A stretch of DNA of 42,074 bases, taken from assembly GCA_964202105.1 (NCBI GenBank), contig CAXNHL010000001.1, positions 1-42,074 on the forward strand. The letters run 5' to 3'. The stretch comes from Opitutales bacterium. Lineage in GTDB: Bacteria; Verrucomicrobiota; Verrucomicrobiia; Opitutales; UBA953. How positions within the stretch are numbered: the first letter of the stretch is position 1; each line of letters opens with the position of its first letter. Positions 18,472 through 26,400 of this stretch are shown here, one piece after another. The notes below the pieces were generated by a model. That model was not told where the DNA came from. It ran no database searches and saw nothing but the letters and a program-made list of their open reading frames with translations. Position numbers and translations under genes: made by a program.

Positions 18472-18478
18472 TGGTCAA
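18450..18478 (-). promoter_or_regulatory. candidate sigma-70-type dcw promoter overlapping the TGGG repeats
   Basis: In minus-strand sense there is TTGACC (18478..18473), a 17-nt spacer and AAAAGT (18455..18450). The -10 is weak, so this is tentative. A perfect TATAAT (minus, 18559..18554) further upstream in the AT-rich island is an alternative. Confidence 0.3.
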
Positions 18479-18800
18479 GAATTTAGCCCCCGATCCCGCC
18501 ATTTTCTTGTTCACAGCGCGGCCAGGGTGTTTAAACGACTGATTTCAGTCTTAATTATACACAAGTGACTCTATTTCAATGTTTTGTGTATTTTATTGGC
18601 CGAAATCAGCTTTTCGCCACTTCCGGCCCCCCTGCCCGGCCGCCCCTGGGCGATCCGGCCGCGCCGGTCCAGGACCGGGCTTGTAATGACATTTACACTA
18701 CGATTTCGGCCGACGCGGGGCCGCGAGGCGAGGGCGAAACTGTTTGCCAACGGCCGCCGGCTGTGTTTTGTGTCCAACCACTCAACCACGTCCTTTGCAC

Positions 18801-19217
18801 ATGAAAACCGCCCTCGCCCTCCTCGCCGCCCTCGTCCTCGCCGGATGCTCCACCCAGATCGGCGTGGACAACTCCCAGAACCGCGAAGCTTCCTACTCCA
18901 ACGTCACCGGCGTGCTGACCACCCGCTACACCTCCGACACCGAGGCCGTCTTCAACGCCGTCAAGCGCACCATTGACGCCATGCCCGGCACCCTCCGCAC
19001 CGGCGAGACCGACGACCGCGGCGCCAACAAGGAGCTCAACAGCGTCATCGTCTACGCCCGCACCATCGGTGACCTGGAGATCAAGATCACCATCGAGAAG
19101 GCCGAGGACGAACAGACCAAGGCCGTCTTCACCCAGGTGAAGGTCAAGTATGGCGCCTTCGGCAACCTGCCGGAGAGCCAGCAGCTGGTCTCTAAGATCA
19201 CCTCCAACCTGCGCTAA
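18801..19217 (+). CDS. small lipoprotein of unknown function (possibly DUF3568-like)
   Basis: MKTALALLAALVLAG|CSTQ lipobox, 138 aa, followed by a clear intrinsic terminator. The start is chosen at the Met preceding the signal peptide, not the ORF-track start at 18744. Confidence 0.65.
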   Translation: MKTALALLAALVLAGCSTQIGVDNSQNREASYSNVTGVLTTRYTSDTEAVFNAVKRTIDAMPGTLRTGETDDRGANKELNSVIVYARTIGDLEIKITIEKAEDEQTKAVFTQVKVKYGAFGNLPESQQLVSKITSNLR

Positions 19218-19242
19218 GCGCCGGGGCGGAACCGCCAAACGG

Positions 19243-19282
19243 ACGCCGCCCAGCCACCCGGCTCGGCGGCGTTCATTTTTTA
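19243..19282 (+). terminator. rho-independent terminator after the lipoprotein gene
   Basis: GC-rich stem gacgccgcc/ggcggcgtt (19243-19251 / 19266-19274) with an inner agcc/ggct extension, followed by TTTTTT (19277-19282). Confidence 0.75.
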
Positions 19283-19295
19283 ACACCTTCACCAC

Positions 19296-20405
19296 ATGGG
19301 CAACATCCACGGACACAGCTTCCGCATCACCACCTTCGGCGAGAGCCATGGCCCCGCCCTCGGCGTCGTCATCGACGGCTGCCCGCCTCGCGTGCCCTTC
19401 GACGCGGCCTTCCTGCGCAGCGAGCTCGACCGCCGCCGCCCGGGCCAGAGCGCCCTCACGACCCAGCGCAAGGAAGCCGACGCGCCCGAGGTGCTCTCCG
19501 GCGTCTCGCCCGACGGCCTCACCCTCGGCTCGCCCATCGCCATCGTGATCCGCAACGGCGACCAGCGCCCGCAGGCCTACGCCGAGATGAAGGCGGCCTA
19601 CCGTCCTTCCCACGCCGACTACACCTACGACGCCAAGTATGGCATCCGCGCCGTCGAAGGCGGCGGCCGTTCCTCCGCCCGCGAGACCGCGGCGCGCGTC
19701 GCCGCCGGCGCCGTCGCCAAGACGGTGCTCAAGCACGCCTGCGGCGCCCGCATCATCGCGTGGGTCGAAAGCGTCGGCGACATCCGCATGCCCGCCGCGC
19801 CCAAGGCGCCCACGCTGAAGCAGGTCGAGGCCACGCCCACGCGCTGCCCCCACCCCGCCACCGCCGCGAAGATCGACGCGCTCATCCGTGAGGCGCGCGC
19901 CGACGGCGATTCCGTCGGCGGCGTGATCTGCTGCGTCATCGAGAACCTGCCGGCCGGACTCGGCTCGCCGGTCTTCGACCGTTTCGAGGCCGACCTCGCC
20001 AAGGCCATGCTCTCCCTGCCCGCCACCAAGGGTTTCGAGATCGGCAGCGGCTTCGCCGGCACGGTCCTGCGCGGCAGCGCGCATAATGACGTGTTCGTCC
20101 GCAAGGGCGGCCGCATCCGCACCGCGACCAACCGCTCCGGCGGCACGCAGGGCGGCATCACCAACGGCGAAGACGTCGTCTTCCGCATCGCCTTCAAGCC
20201 CACCGCGACCGTGCTCAAGCCGCAGAAGACCGTCCGTCCCGACGGCCGCGCCACCGAGCTCAGCGCCAAGGGTCGCCACGATCCGTGCGTCCTCCCGCGC
20301 GCCGTGCCCATCGTCGAAGCCATGGCGGCCCTGGTCGCCGTCGATCACTGGATCCGCGACCGCGGACAGAACGCTCCCTTCGGCCGCTGCGGACGCAAGG
20401 CATGA
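19296..20405 (+). CDS. aroC: chorismate synthase
   Basis: [32 protein letters not shown]-terminus, with [10 protein letters not shown] and RHDPCV motifs. Confidence 0.95.
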   Translation: MGNIHGHSFRITTFGESHGPALGVVIDGCPPRVPFDAAFLRSELDRRRPGQSALTTQRKEADAPEVLSGVSPDGLTLGSPIAIVIRNGDQRPQAYAEMKAAYRPSHADYTYDAKYGIRAVEGGGRSSARETAARVAAGAVAKTVLKHACGARIIAWVESVGDIRMPAAPKAPTLKQVEATPTRCPHPATAAKIDALIREARADGDSVGGVICCVIENLPAGLGSPVFDRFEADLAKAMLSLPATKGFEIGSGFAGTVLRGSAHNDVFVRKGGRIRTATNRSGGTQGGITNGEDVVFRIAFKPTATVLKPQKTVRPDGRATELSAKGRHDPCVLPRAVPIVEAMAALVAVDHWIRDRGQNAPFGRCGRKA

Positions 20406-21133
20406 CGCCCCTCGTCATCATCCTCGGGCCCTCGGGCGCCGGCCGCGCCGACGTGGTGAAAGAACTCGTCGCCCACGCCTGGCCCGAAGGCCGCAAGGTG
20501 CGCGTCCTCCGCGAAGTCCGCGAAGGCGGCGTCGCGCCGGACGCCTGGGAATTCAAGGACGGCCACGCGATCGTGCCCGCGCCCGGCGACGAAGACGCCG
20601 CCATCCTCGTGACGCACGGCGCGCTCCACGTCATCGACCAGATGGAGGCCCTGCACCGTACGGTCCGCCCGATGCAGCCCGACGCCGTCTGGCGCGTGGC
20701 CCGCATCCTCACGGTCGTCGACTGCCCGCTCACGATGAAGCACAAGGCCGTCGAGGAATGGTACCGCCCCTGCGTGCACTTCTCCGACGCGGTCGTCATC
20801 AACCGACGCTGGGAAGTCCCGGGCCAGTGGGTCAGCAAATTCCTCGAGCCCTACGAGAAGGAGTTCTATCCCTGCCTCTTCTTCAACCTCACCAAGGTCG
20901 GCGCCATCAGCAACCCGCCGGCCGTCATCGACGGCGAGCCGCTCCGTCTCTCGCACATCTTCGACGACATCGACGCGGTCGACGAGATGGAGTTCGACGA
21001 GGACAACCTCCCGGACGAACCGTTCGACCTCATCCGCCAGGTCGACAGATACTTCGCGCGCGACGAACTCGGCCGCCGCAACATCCTCGTGCCGGAGATC
21101 GGCGAGATCCTCCGCCAGGAGGGCCGCGCCTGA
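20402..21133 (+). CDS. CobW/G3E-family-like P-loop protein with a degenerate Walker A (GPSGAGRA)
   Basis: The start ATG overlaps the aroC TGA (ATGA). The layout resembles the COG0523 N-domain: [16 protein letters not shown] compared with GFLGAGKTTLL, and ILTVVDC...SDAVVINR compared with the xVD...ADxxLLNKxD block. The Walker lysine, the NKxD motif and the CxCC motif are all absent. Confidence 0.45.
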   Translation: MTPLVIILGPSGAGRADVVKELVAHAWPEGRKVRVLREVREGGVAPDAWEFKDGHAIVPAPGDEDAAILVTHGALHVIDQMEALHRTVRPMQPDAVWRVARILTVVDCPLTMKHKAVEEWYRPCVHFSDAVVINRRWEVPGQWVSKFLEPYEKEFYPCLFFNLTKVGAISNPPAVIDGEPLRLSHIFDDIDAVDEMEFDEDNLPDEPFDLIRQVDRYFARDELGRRNILVPEIGEILRQEGRA

Positions 21134-21141
21134 CCCGGACC

Positions 21142-22014
21142 ATGCGGCCGCTGCTCGCCACCTACGCCTGGCTGCTGGCCCGCCTCCCCGAGGCCTTCGC
21201 GCGGGCGAACGCGGCGCTGCTCGGCGAGCTGCTCTGGCTGATCCGCGGCAAGGTGATCCGCCGCAACCTGACGCGGGCCTTCCCGGAAAAGGACGCCGCC
21301 TGGGTCCGCCGCATCGGCCGCATCTCCTGCCGACGCACGACCGAGATGGCCCTCTTCTCCCTCGTCTCACCGATGCTCTCCGACGCGGAGCTGCGCGACC
21401 GCATCCAGGTCGACGACAGCGTGACGAGCGCCGAACACGGCCTGGCGCCCAAGGGCGCCGGCACGGTGCTGTTCGTCCCCCATTTCGCGCTGATGGAGAT
21501 GATGACCGTGACGCCGCTCATCCGCCCCGAGCTCGCGAAACGCGATTGGGCCGTGATCTACCGTCCGCTCGACCAGCCGGTCGCCGAACGCTGGGTGCGC
21601 GAGAGCCGCGAGCGTTTCGGCATGAAACTCGTCTCGCGCCGCGAAGGCTTCGGACGCCTGATGCAGACCGTGCGCAACGGCCACATCGCGGCCGTGCTCT
21701 TCGACCAGACCACGCAGACGGGCTCGCTCTGGCGCTTCATGGGCTCGCCCTGCGCCGTCACGGAACTCCCCGGCATCATCGCCCAGCGCTTCAAGTGCGC
21801 CGCCCGCATCTTCTGGGCCGAACGCACCGGCTTCTGGCGCTGCCGCCTCCGCATGGAGGCGCTCCAGGCCACCGATTCCATCGGGCTCACCATCGAATCC
21901 AACGCCTGGCTCGAACGCCAGCTGCGCTCCGGCGACGACGTCTGCGCGAACTGGCTCTGGGCCCATGACCGATGGAAGCACGGCGAGGCCGACTTCCGTC
22001 CGCTGGGCGGCTGA
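21142..22014 (+). CDS. LpxL/HtrB-family (lysophospholipid / lipid A) acyltransferase
   Basis: 290 aa. The N-terminal hydrophobic anchor, RRNLxxAFPEKD, the FVPHFALMEM (H-x4-[DE]-like) motif and the overall length are typical of PF03279-type late acyltransferases. Confidence 0.7.
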   Translation: MRPLLATYAWLLARLPEAFARANAALLGELLWLIRGKVIRRNLTRAFPEKDAAWVRRIGRISCRRTTEMALFSLVSPMLSDAELRDRIQVDDSVTSAEHGLAPKGAGTVLFVPHFALMEMMTVTPLIRPELAKRDWAVIYRPLDQPVAERWVRESRERFGMKLVSRREGFGRLMQTVRNGHIAAVLFDQTTQTGSLWRFMGSPCAVTELPGIIAQRFKCAARIFWAERTGFWRCRLRMEALQATDSIGLTIESNAWLERQLRSGDDVCANWLWAHDRWKHGEADFRPLGG

Positions 22015-22017
22015 GCC

Positions 22018-22572
22018 TTACTGCTTCACGGGAGCGCCGGGAGCTTCGCCCTCCGGCGGCTTGCGGCGCTTCGGCGCGCCGGGCGGTCCGGGCGGTCCGT
22101 CCTTCGGCTCGCCGCCCTTCGGCCGCTCCTTCGCGATCTCGGGTCCGTATTTCTCGGCGAGCTGGCGGATGAATTCGAGGCGCTGTTCGGTCGTGAGCGC
22201 CTGGATGCGCGCCCGCTCGGCCTTGGCCTCGTCCTTGCTGAGGCGCTTGAAATGGTGCTCGAGCACGCGCGAGCCGTAGCCGCCGCGTTCGCGCATGTCC
22301 TTCATGATCTTATGGCGCTCCTCGGGCGTGGCGGATTCGTAACGGACGAGGCTGGCCACGAATTCGCGACGCGATTCCGGCGACATGCGCTCGATCTTCT
22401 CGATGGCCGAACGCATGCGCTGCAGGCGCTCCGGGGAGAGTTCGAGGATCTTGCGGATGGTCTGGATCTCTTCGACGGTCGGGTCGCCTTCGGACGGACG
22501 CGGACCGGGCGTCTGGGCGGAGACGGCGACGGCTCCGAGGAGGAGCAGCAGGCGGAGGAAGGCGCGGGCCAT
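22018..22572 (-). CDS. secreted helical-repeat protein (DUF3106-like), last gene of the ECF sigma module
   Basis: Signal peptide (LLLLLGAVAVSAQT). Repeated xSPExRxxF / TTEQRLEF helical motifs. Lys/Pro-rich tail. The stop-start gap to the upstream gene is 2 nt. Confidence 0.5.
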   Translation of the reverse strand: MARAFLRLLLLLGAVAVSAQTPGPRPSEGDPTVEEIQTIRKILELSPERLQRMRSAIEKIERMSPESRREFVASLVRYESATPEERHKIMKDMRERGGYGSRVLEHHFKRLSKDEAKAERARIQALTTEQRLEFIRQLAEKYGPEIAKERPKGGEPKDGPPGPPGAPKRRKPPEGEAPGAPVKQ

Positions 22573-22574
22573 GG

Positions 22575-22937
22575 TCAGGAGCCGGCGGCGACGAAGGTTT
22601 CCACGACGGTCGGGCGCTCCGTCACCGGCGCGAGCAACGAAAGGTCGTCCGCGGCGCCGAAGAGATCGGTGAGCTGGGTGGACTCGTCGCGGGCGACGAG
22701 GGCGAAGGTCTGGCGGTTCAGGGCCTCCTCCGAAGTGGCGGGCAGCGTGAGCAGCGCGACGAAGACGGCGGCCGAGGCGGCGAGGGCGGAGCTCCAGCGG
22801 ATGATGGTCCGGCGACGGCGCTCGGCGCGGACGGCCCCGACGACGCGGTCCGCGAACCCGGCGACGGCCACGGCGCGGCCGCGACGGAGCGTCGCGGTGA
22901 GCTCCTGGTCGAAAGGCGTCTGTTCCGGGTTATCCAT
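22575..22937 (-). CDS. putative anti-sigma factor (single-pass membrane protein)
   Basis: 120 aa with a cytoplasmic N-terminus, one TM helix (ALAASAAVFVALLTL) and a short periplasmic tail. Immediately downstream of the ECF sigma gene. No zf-HC2 motif is visible, so the call rests on context. Confidence 0.45.
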   Translation of the reverse strand: MDNPEQTPFDQELTATLRRGRAVAVAGFADRVVGAVRAERRRRTIIRWSSALAASAAVFVALLTLPATSEEALNRQTFALVARDESTQLTDLFGAADDLSLLAPVTERPTVVETFVAAGS

Positions 22938-22985
22938 GGCTGGTTACACCCATATAACACCGGGTGCGGGGGGAAGTTGCGGGGT

Positions 22986-23558
22986 TCATTCTTGGGCGTA
23001 AAAATCTTTGAGAAGTTCGCGCAGGCGGGCGCGGGCGCGGTGGATCCAGGTCTTCACGGAGGAGACCGGGGCGTCCATGATCTCGGCGATCTCCTCGTAG
23101 GGGAGCTCCTGCTGCACGACGAGCAGGATGGCCGTACGCTGCTCGGGGGGGAGCTGGAGGATGGCGCGCTGGAAAGCTTCGTCGAGTTCGGCGACCCGCC
23201 GGACCGACCCCTGGGACTGGTCGCCGGGCTCAGCCGCGAACTCCAGGGCGGTGGTGGGCTTGCGGCCGCGCCGCCGCCACTCGTTGAGGACGAGATTGCG
23301 GGCGATGTGGATCAGGTAGGTGCTCAGCTTGGCCTCGGGACGCCAGCGGGACGCCGCCCGATGCAGCCGGATGAAGACCTCCATGGCCAGCTCTTCGGCC
23401 GTCGCCTGCGAACCGACCTCACCCCGCAGGTAACCGACGAGCCGGGCATGGTGCCGGTGCACGAGCAGGCGCAGGGCGTCGTCGTCACCGGCGGCGACCA
23501 GGCCCATCAGGCGCTTGTCGTCTTCGTCGTCGGGGAGCAGCGGCTCTTCCTGGGACAT
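22986..23558 (-). CDS. ECF (group 4) RNA polymerase sigma factor
   Basis: Sigma-70 region 2 (EELAMEVFIRLHRAASRW...STYLIHIARNLVLNEWRR) and region 4 (PPEQRTAILLVVQQELPYEEIAEIMDAPVSSVKTWIHRARARL). Confidence 0.9.
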   Translation of the reverse strand: MSQEEPLLPDDEDDKRLMGLVAAGDDDALRLLVHRHHARLVGYLRGEVGSQATAEELAMEVFIRLHRAASRWRPEAKLSTYLIHIARNLVLNEWRRRGRKPTTALEFAAEPGDQSQGSVRRVAELDEAFQRAILQLPPEQRTAILLVVQQELPYEEIAEIMDAPVSSVKTWIHRARARLRELLKDFYAQE

Positions 23559-23587
23559 CTGAGTGGAACTCCGGAAGGAAGGAGGAG

Positions 23588-24523
23588 TTACGCCGACCGG
23601 GGGCGCAGGGCGAAGGCCCGTAGCGTCCGCAGCAGGAACTGCTCGAAGGCGGCGAGCACCTGATAGTTCAGCTCCATACGCCGGCGGGCGTCCTCGAGAT
23701 GGCCGACGGCCTCGGCGACCTGGCCGGCGCAGCCGGGGTTGGCGCGGCCGACGAGGCGGAGTTTTTCCTCGACCGAGACGAGCATGCGGGCGCGGACGCC
23801 GCGGCGGACGGACTCCTCGTAGGCGAGCTCGGCGTCATCCTCGTCTTCGTCGGTGGGGGGCGGGGGCGGCGCGGCCTCCAGGGCCTCCTCGACGAAGAGC
23901 TCGAGCAACACCTCGAAGCGGGCGCACAGCGCGTAGAGCGGGATGAAGACCTCGGAGACGCGCGCCTGGGGCGAGGCCGGGCCTTTCACCATGCGCGTGA
24001 GCAGGCGCTCCATCTCGCGCAGCCAATCCTGCCAGGAAGGGTCGGCGATCACCGGCGCCTCGCCACCCACGTGGAAGCGCAGGCAGCGGCTGAGGATCGT
24101 CGGCAGCACGCGATAATAGTGCGTCGTCTGGAGGATGATGAGCGTGCCGGGCGGCGGCTCCTCGAGCGTCTTGAGGAACGCGTTGGCCGATTCGGAGAGG
24201 AACCGGTCGGGCTCGTTGACGATGACGACGCGACGCGGCGTGAGGGACGAGAGGCGCAGCGCCGCGACGACTTCGAGGGTGTTCTCGATGACGATACGGC
24301 GCGATTTCTTGGCCGGCCGCAGGACGCGGCAGTCGGAGTGCGCCAGCGGGTCGGCCTCGCCCAGATGCATGGCCGCGAGCTGTTCGGCCGCGCGGGCGAG
24401 CACGGCGCCGTCGTTGCCCGTCAGCAGCACCGCGTGCGGCATGCGGCCCTCGGCGCGGGCGCGGGCCAGCACCTTGAGCACCGGCAGCTCGAGGACGTCA
24501 GCGGAAGCGGCGGACGACTTCAT
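23588..24523 (-). CDS. holB: DNA polymerase III delta-prime subunit
   Basis: RMPHAVLLTG, NAFLKTLEEPP and TILSRC motifs. Follows tmk as in many bacteria. Confidence 0.85.
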   Translation of the reverse strand: MKSSAASADVLELPVLKVLARARAEGRMPHAVLLTGNDGAVLARAAEQLAAMHLGEADPLAHSDCRVLRPAKKSRRIVIENTLEVVAALRLSSLTPRRVVIVNEPDRFLSESANAFLKTLEEPPPGTLIILQTTHYYRVLPTILSRCLRFHVGGEAPVIADPSWQDWLREMERLLTRMVKGPASPQARVSEVFIPLYALCARFEVLLELFVEEALEAAPPPPPTDEDEDDAELAYEESVRRGVRARMLVSVEEKLRLVGRANPGCAGQVAEAVGHLEDARRRMELNYQVLAAFEQFLLRTLRAFALRPRSA

Positions 24524-25127
24524 GCCAGATCTCCTCCTCGATGGCTTCGGGCGGACGCGCGGCGTCCACGACGAAGAAACGCCCGGCCTCCTCGCGGGCG
24601 AGCGTGTGATAAAGTTCGCGGACGCGCCGATGGAAAGCGTCGCCGAGGAGTTCGAAACGGTCCGCCTGGCCTTGGTCCCGCACGGCGGCGCGGCCGAGGC
24701 CGCGGCCCGGATCGAGGTCGAGCAGGATGGTCAGGTCGGGGCGCACGGGACCGCAGGCGAGGCGGTTGGCACCTTCGATCAAGGCCCGGTCCAGGCCGCG
24801 GCCGCCGGCCTGGTAGGCGACGGTCGAATCGATGAAACGGTCGCAGATCACGACCTGTCCGGCGGCGAGGGCCGGGGCGATGACGTCGGCGACGAGCTGG
24901 GCCCGGCAAGAGGCGAAGAGCAGCGCCTCGGCGGCCGGCGCCAGCGAGGTGCCCGGCTGCTTGAGCACGTCGCGCATGCGTTCGCCGTAAGGCGTGCCAC
25001 CCGGCTCGCGCAATCCGAGCACGGTCGCGCCGTCCGCGCGGAGACGCTCCGCGAGGCGGGCGAGCTGCGTGGATTTGCCCGCGCCCTCCCCTCCTTCGAA
25101 CGTGATGAATCTGCCCGCGATCGGCAT
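24498..25127 (-). CDS. tmk: thymidylate kinase
   Basis: FITFEGGEGAGKSTQ P-loop, REPGGTP, DRFIDSTVAYQG. Start MPIAGRF. Overlaps the holB start by 26 nt. Confidence 0.92.
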   Translation of the reverse strand: MPIAGRFITFEGGEGAGKSTQLARLAERLRADGATVLGLREPGGTPYGERMRDVLKQPGTSLAPAAEALLFASCRAQLVADVIAPALAAGQVVICDRFIDSTVAYQAGGRGLDRALIEGANRLACGPVRPDLTILLDLDPGRGLGRAAVRDQGQADRFELLGDAFHRRVRELYHTLAREEAGRFFVVDAARPPEAIEEEIWHEVVRRFR

Positions 25128-25180
25128 CCGCCCAAGATGCCCTCCGTCGCCTTCAAAGCGAGCGAGGAATGGCGGGCACG

Positions 25181-25208
25181 CAAAAGGCCCGGCGTTCGCC
25201 GGGCCTTT
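25181..25208 (-). terminator. intrinsic terminator-like hairpin after the FecR-domain gene
   Basis: aaaggcccggcg / cgccgggccttt stem of about 11 bp, GC-rich. In minus-strand sense it is followed by UUUUG. Lies 24 nt after the stop at 25232. Confidence 0.65.
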
Positions 25209-25231
25209 CACCGAGGAGACGCGCGCGGCGC

Positions 25232-26287
25232 TCAGCTCGTGGGCGTGGGGTTGACCTGCTTCTGTTCGACGGAACGGTTCACGTTGTCCGAGATCTTCTT
25301 CAAGTTGTCGTCCATCGTGGTGCCGCCGCCGCCGTTGCTGTTGGAAAGCGGAGCGCCCGGGGCGCCGACCTTGCTCTCGGCCAACTTCTGTTCGGTGTCG
25401 GGGCTGTCGGTGATGACCTGGCCGAGGGACTTCGCCGGCTCGGTCGCGCCGTTCGGGAAGATGGCCTGACGGGAAGGGGCGGTCTGCGCCATGGCGTTGA
25501 TGGTCGCGGCGACTTCGGCGGGCAGCGAGGAAACGGCGGCGAGGATGGCGGAGAGCTCGGCGAGTTCTTCGGCCGGAATCGGGTAGACGAGCACCTTGAT
25601 CGGCGCCAGGGCGGCGGCGGCGGCACCGGCCGGAGCCGCGGCGGCGGAGCGGGCGACGCTGTTGATCAGCGCGGCAGACGGCACGGAGCTGGCGGTCTGC
25701 ATGCCGGGGTCGACGGCGACGGGGCCGACGTTGGCGCTGTAGACGGTGGTCTCGACGGAACCGCGGACGCAAGAGACGACGATCTTGCCGATGCCGTCCG
25801 GACCGACGCGGTATTCGACGGAGAAGACGGTGCCGCGGATGCGCACGAGGCCGGCGGGCGTCTTGACGGAGAAGGTGGAGAGAGCGTTGAGCTTGCGGAC
25901 CTCACCGATGACCTTGCCGCGCGGGACTTCGACTTCGGTCACGGACGGGCTCGGGTCTTTTTCGATCTGGCGATAAGGATCGGTGATGCCGGCCGAGGGT
26001 ACCTGACGGAAAGTGCGCAGTTCGAGCAGGGTGCTGGGCGTGAGCACGAGCGAAGCGCCGTTCGAGAAGACCAGTTCGGCGGTGGAATCGACGCCGGTCT
26101 CGACGCGGGAGCCTTCTTGGAAGACCGCGCCGGACTCGAGCGGCTTACGCTGCGACTTGGCGTCGATGAGGGTGGCGGTGCCGGTGACCTTGCCGACCTG
26201 CACCTTGCCGGACTGCAGCGCGGCGGAAGAGACGAGCGGGAGGAGCGCAAAAGCGACCATTCCCAGGTACTTGAAAAAGGAAATCAT
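25232..26287 (-). CDS. secreted FecR-domain protein
   Basis: Start MISFFKYLGMVAFALLPLVSSA (signal peptide). A FecR-like beta-rich block (GKVTGTATL...GAVFQEGSRVETGVDSTAELVFSNGASLVLTPSTLLEL...VKTPAGLVRIRGTVFSVEY). Ala-rich, low-complexity C-terminal half. Confidence 0.6.
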   Translation of the reverse strand: MISFFKYLGMVAFALLPLVSSAALQSGKVQVGKVTGTATLIDAKSQRKPLESGAVFQEGSRVETGVDSTAELVFSNGASLVLTPSTLLELRTFRQVPSAGITDPYRQIEKDPSPSVTEVEVPRGKVIGEVRKLNALSTFSVKTPAGLVRIRGTVFSVEYRVGPDGIGKIVVSCVRGSVETTVYSANVGPVAVDPGMQTASSVPSAALINSVARSAAAAPAGAAAAALAPIKVLVYPIPAEELAELSAILAAVSSLPAEVAATINAMAQTAPSRQAIFPNGATEPAKSLGQVITDSPDTEQKLAESKVGAPGAPLSNSNGGGGTTMDDNLKKISDNVNRSVEQKQVNPTPTS

Positions 26288-26342
26288 GGGGGGACTGCGG
26301 GGAACCACTAAACTAAGGCCGCCCCCCACGGAGGCAACCCCT

Positions 26343-26377
26343 TTAAAACAAAAAGACCCCCAGAAACGGGGGTCTTT
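26343..26377 (-). terminator. rho-independent terminator after pfp
   Basis: Stem aaagaccccc/gggggtcttt (26352-26361 / 26368-26377) with a 6-nt loop. In minus-strand sense it is followed by TTTTTGTTTT. Confidence 0.85.
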
Positions 26378-26400
26378 GTTCACAGTCAGAACGGTCAGAT

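Noticed and set aside
18599-18711. A 10-bp inverted repeat (ggccgaaatc / gatttcggcc) 100 nt apart in the mraZ-lipoprotein spacer, suggesting a long structured 5' leader or small RNA ending at the gtgttttgtg tract near 18770
   Set aside because: A single 10-bp match within a 380-nt spacer has a non-negligible chance probability, which I estimate at a few percent. I could not recognise any known riboswitch or sRNA motif, and there is no clear terminator stem before the T-rich tract.
37-20348. Other long antisense or alternative-frame ORFs: 37..1272+, 839..2587+, 4772..6883+, 7776..10271+, 13406..14947+, 15037..16800+, 18693..20348-. Also 35939..37555- further right.
   Set aside because: This is the same GC-driven artefact. 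Each overlaps a gene with strong family motifs on the other strand, and the translations are Arg/Gly/Ala/Asp-rich and low-complexity.
22018-22110. GPPGPPGAP segment at the C-terminus of the secreted helical-repeat protein, as a collagen-like repeat
   Set aside because: It has only about three G-x-y triplets inside a Lys/Pro/Glu-rich tail. That is too short to be a collagen-like domain.
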